In this document: positions 48,886 to 52,894 of the stretch, in pieces
How positions within the stretch are numbered: the first letter of the stretch is position 1
How the letters are laid out: each line of letters opens with the position of its first letter
Source of the DNA: Octopus bimaculoides
Lineage: Eukaryota
NCBI RefSeq assembly: GCF_001194135.2
Contig: NC_068984.1
Coordinates: 49,412,145 to 49,465,038 of the forward strand
DNA: 52,894 nt
Direction of reading: 5' to 3'
The notes under the pieces: generated by a model
Database searches by the model: none
Told to the model about the DNA's origin: nothing
Seen by the model: the letters and a program-made list of their open reading frames with translations, nothing else
Program-made: the position numbers and the translations under genes

Positions 48886-49385
48886 CTTATCAGAAGTCAA
48901 GATAGATAATTTGAGACGTGTTCGTCTCTATTTGTCTGCTCTGACAAGTACAGATGAAATAAAGTTCTTCAAAAGTGAAGAAAACTTCATCAGTTGTAAA
49001 ATCTATCAAGATGTAGTTTCCAATTCACTTTTCTTTGTTTCTGAAATCGTTTAGAGTACTACTTAATGACATTTACCAACAAACAGCCTGTCACCATACG
49101 GCACCAAGATCATAATTCAGAAATAACGCCTCAGGCTAACTCTAGCTTATAATTTTGTAATCTGTTTTCTCTCAATTTGCGCTTACTTCCTAGAGAGTTG
49201 GGAATTTTGAGTAACTTACCATTGTGTATTTATAATCAGCTGGATTGGCTGATATTTATTGAGTGGATAGCAATAATTTTTGGTTTCCTTTTCTCCTCTA
49301 CCAAATTTCATGTCCCATCACAGCCATATCAACATATTTTAAAAAGCGAATAAGAATCAAATTAACAATTTATTTCACTATGCAA
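48886..49385. repeat. Old ~500-bp non-coding unit, copy 1
   Basis: Co-linear with 50540-51625 after removing two SINEs. Shared blocks include cttatcagaagtca, acttacc, cagctggattg and a 25/27 block agtgg.tagcaataa.ttttggtttcc. Confidence 0.8.
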
Positions 49386-50733
49386 AGTTCAGCTTAAAGT
49401 TTTAAGTGTGAATATAGTACATGCATGATAACCAACAATATTGCGCACGACAGGACGTACTAAAGAAATATTACAAAACTTTTTATGTGAGAGCTAGAAC
49501 ATATGGACTGAATGAATTTGACTACCCACTCCAACTTAAAGAGTGGTGTATGGCAATTGTATAAAAGAATGCAGTTAAGTGTTTGTTATTACATATGAAA
49601 AGAGTTATGAATGTATACAAAGACAAAAATCAAAAATTTTAATTCTAGTCATATCGAATAAAATGCAAGTAAAAATTCTAATACAAAAGCATGCAGCCCT
49701 TGTTCGTTCAGTAACAAGAGATGTACAGCATTTTGGCGGCATCTTCTCGGCAAGAACTTCAAGTTGACGCATGGACTCCGAATCACAGTTAAAAGAATTG
49801 TGGTTAAATTCGGCGGGAAATGCAGTTTGGCATCACGCGTTCTTAGATGACATCACATGTACTAGGCACTCCTTTCCGTGTCCGTTATATATATAGTTAA
49901 AATCTGTCTAAGCTATGAAACAGTTATGTGATCGCAACAATGTGCCTGCAGTAGTCACTGCACACTAAACGCAAAACGAAAACGAAAAAGAAAACAAAAA
50001 CTCGAAAGGAAATGCCGTTATTTTGATTTTGTTCCATTTTGATAACATTTCAATAGCGACAGAAAAAGTTTAACGGCTTCTTTTGCATACATCCACACAC
50101 TACATACATATACAGTATTTCACATTCATGCTCATAAGGATAGGCAAGCATACATCGTCGAAGAAGCAAACCAGTTAAATCTAGTTTTTGCTTTTTGTTT
50201 TTAATTCAATTAATGTTCCGTTAACTCCTGATGACAATACTGTCGGTGAAAATACTTTGCAAAATAGTTATAGCAATAGAACTTAGCAGCAGCTGCTGAG
50301 TTTCATGGGTATTCAGCTATTTCTGTTGCTAGTTTGACAGTATGAAATTATTACATTTTGCCTCAAAAACTTTAAAACCACTTACACACAGTATCGTTAG
50401 AAACATATTAATGGTCATATCCAAAATATTTATTTAAAGAATAACCATATCTTTCAGTTGGTCTTTTAATGTAAATAGAAAGATATAATACAAAGTTTGT
50501 ACAAGGTTCATAAATCTGTTTCGGATGATGTGTAGATGCCTTATCAGAAGTCAGGGTAGATTAGTCGAGACGAAAATCATCTCGTCTTATTTATCATGAC
50601 ATGTGCAAATGAAATTAGATCCTTCAAGCGCAAGGAAAGCTTCATGAGTTGTGAAGTCCTTTAACACGTGGTTTCGTATCTACGTTTCTGTTTTTCTTTT
50701 TAGTTTTTGTTTCTAAAAACTGCTGTAGAGTAG

Positions 50734-51078
50734 GTGCAGACGTACCTATATAGTAAGAAGTTTGCCTCAACCATATAGTCCTAGGTTTAGTCCCACTGCG
50801 AGTTACATTGAGTAGTGCCTTCTGTTATAACCTCGGGCTGACCAAAGTCTTGAGAGTGGATTTGATAAACGGAAACTGAAAGAACCCCATCGTGTTTCTC
50901 CGCCACCACTGTTTGACAAGCGGTGCTGGTGTGTTTAAGTCCCCGTAACTTAGCGATAGAATAAGTATCAGGCTTTTAAAAAATAAGCACTGGGGTTGAT
51001 TCACGTGACTAAAATTCTTCGAGGCGGTGCTCCAGCATGGTCGCAGTCTAATGAGTGAAACAAATAAAAGATCAAGAT
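50734..51078 (+). mobile_element. Family-A SINE variant lacking the central microsatellite
   Basis: Decayed head, cctcgggctgaccaaag..ggaaactgaaagaa core, gtccccgtaacttagcg and ggcggtgctccagcatgg tail. Confidence 0.85.
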
Positions 51079-51187
51079 AGGGTCCTACTGAAAAATGTTT
51101 ATCAACAGCAACAGCAACAGAAACCCATTACCATATAGTACAGGGAACATAATTACTGAATAATCTACAATAGAATAATCTACAATA

Positions 51188-51354
51188 GACACAAGGCCTG
51201 AAATTTGAGGGAGGGGTATAATAGATTTATTAATCCCGAAAGGATGAAAGGCAAAGTCAACTTCGGCGGAATTTGAACTCACGACATTGCGACAGGCGAA
51301 ATACCGCTAAGCATTTCGTCCAGCATGCTAATGAGTCTGCCAGCTCGCCGCCTT
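51188..51354 (-). mobile_element. Family-B SINE with an internal deletion
   Basis: gaaaggatgaaaggcaaagtcaac, ggaatttgaactc and ctgccagctcgccgcc. Confidence 0.88.
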
Positions 51355-51962
51355 ATAATTCATTAATAATGCTTCAGGATAACTCTTACGTCTGATTTTG
51401 TAACCTCTTTTCTTTCAAATTGTGATTTCTTCCTAGCGAGCTGAGAATCATTAAATGACTTACCGTTGACTATAGACAACCAGCTGGATTGATCGCTGCG
51501 CTTCATTAGTGGTTAGCAATAACTTTTGGTTTCCACTTTTCTTCTACAAAATATTCACCTTTTTGTAACGATATCAAAATATTATATAAAAGAGTTGTAC
51601 CAACTAACGTTGATTTCAGTATAACTTTGATTTTATACATCACCTACTCTCATTGAAATTACGTTCTCTCCTCTGTGAGTCACACATGTTTTATCCTTTA
51701 ATCAGCGTGTCATCTGTATATGCTGTCTTGGCCACACTTAATCTTCCAACTTCTCTCTGAAAGGTATATCTGCACTTACGCTACCCGCAATTTATCAGTT
51801 TCTCATCATTAAATAAATACTTTCAGCTATTCTGGTTCAAAGTATCTTTTTCCATTCGCTTTATTTACTTTTTTTAACCACTCTATGAACTTTTCGAACC
51901 TCCAACAGTTATTTAAATATCTTGCCCTGCATTGAGGACATATGTCTCATCCCTCCAACCTT

Positions 51963-51965
<3 letters not shown>

Positions 51966-52046
<81 letters not shown>
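51966..52046. repeat. (CT)n microsatellite (others at ~11685-11714 and ~34250-34288)
   Basis: Direct reading. Confidence 0.97.
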
Positions 52047-52049
<3 letters not shown>

Positions 52050-52813
52050 TGCTCACTCGCCCTCTTTGCTTTCAACGGAATCGGACCAGTTCCTAATCAA
52101 GGCACTTCGTCTCACATGTTATAGCACATTAACCGCGACGCATATTTCATTCAATCAAAGCGTAAAATTTTAGTTGCAACATTCAAATGTGTTAGAGGAA
52201 ACGACATATCAACTGAGAAGCTTTTAATTACTACTGCAATTCTGGCAAGTTGATCTTCAGGAAAGCAAAAAACGATACTCCTTCATGCTTCATTCACGCA
52301 ACCTGCAAGCAAGATCTCTGGCTTCACGAAATGCAAACTTCGTACTTCTGGTTTGCGTCGGTTAGATCTTGTCTATATTTACAGTATCATCCTGTCCGCT
52401 ATTGTATAGCCAAAGTAGCTCATTGTGTAAACTACAGGTAAAGTCTACGCAATTTCTGCCCTACTTTTCTCCGAACTGTACAATGTGTGCACAGCAAAGC
52501 TCGTCCCAAACTCTCTTCCTTCCAATAGCATATATACAGTGCGACTGTGAAAACTCTTCTGATCAATCCAGCACGTCAAACGATTAATCCTGACCTGACC
52601 TGACTGTATCACTTCCATTACCCCCTAACGCTAACTAAAATTCTCATCAAATTCTTTAGTCTTCCACTCTGTAGGAATCTATTTTAATATTTGAAAATAT
52701 ATGACAATATAGGAGATGAAAGTCAACGTAAATAACGAGTTATGTAAATTACCTTGAAATAATAGCGTAAGTTAAAATTGTTCTCTCTTTCTCTCTCTTA
52801 TTTTCTGTGCGTG

Positions 52814-52894
<81 letters not shown>
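52814..52894. repeat. (TA)n(GT)n microsatellite at the window end
   Basis: Direct reading. Confidence 0.97.

Larger units (their letters stand above)
50540..51625. repeat. Old ~500-bp non-coding unit, copy 2, interrupted by two SINEs
   Basis: See copy 1. Homology resumes on both sides of each SINE. Confidence 0.8.

Noticed and set aside
52250-52587. ORFs 52250-52441 and 52369-52587 in unique sequence near the window end
   Set aside because: Short, no recognisable domain, and weak splice signals; may be UTR or regulatory DNA but unsupported.

Overview
AT-rich, microsatellite-dense eukaryotic DNA from a gapped draft assembly (ten N-gaps). The SINE repertoire and repeat style point to an octopus or other coleoid cephalopod genome; this is inference. 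No complete or recognisable host gene is present, and almost every long ORF in the supplied track is a transposon fragment, a microsatellite read-through or an N-gap artefact. The window is mainly decayed mobile elements. DNA transposons: a full-length defective mariner (DD34D), a 5'-truncated maT/DD37D-type element, a TTAA-flanked piggyBac-type MITE and a probable Lep1-like non-autonomous Helitron. Retroelements: a Ty3/Gypsy element with only its 5' LTR, truncated in integrase; R4/Dong, CR1 and RTE LINE fragments; a decayed Penelope-like element (RT plus GIY-YIG); and at least three tRNA-derived SINE families, labelled A, B and C here. The most interesting structures are: (i) a 216-bp Penelope-terminus insertion forming a perfect 83-bp-arm palindrome with a hammerhead-ribozyme core, inside a 13-bp TSD; (ii) a SINE-B dimer enclosed by one 16-bp TSD; (iii) a strong 24-nt microexon candidate on +; (iv) a - strand exon candidate with one in-frame TGA; (v) an old ~500-bp duplicated non-coding unit whose second copy was invaded by two SINEs. 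I found no convincing wholly new biological system. Coordinates were read by hand and element edges may be off by a few to tens of bases.
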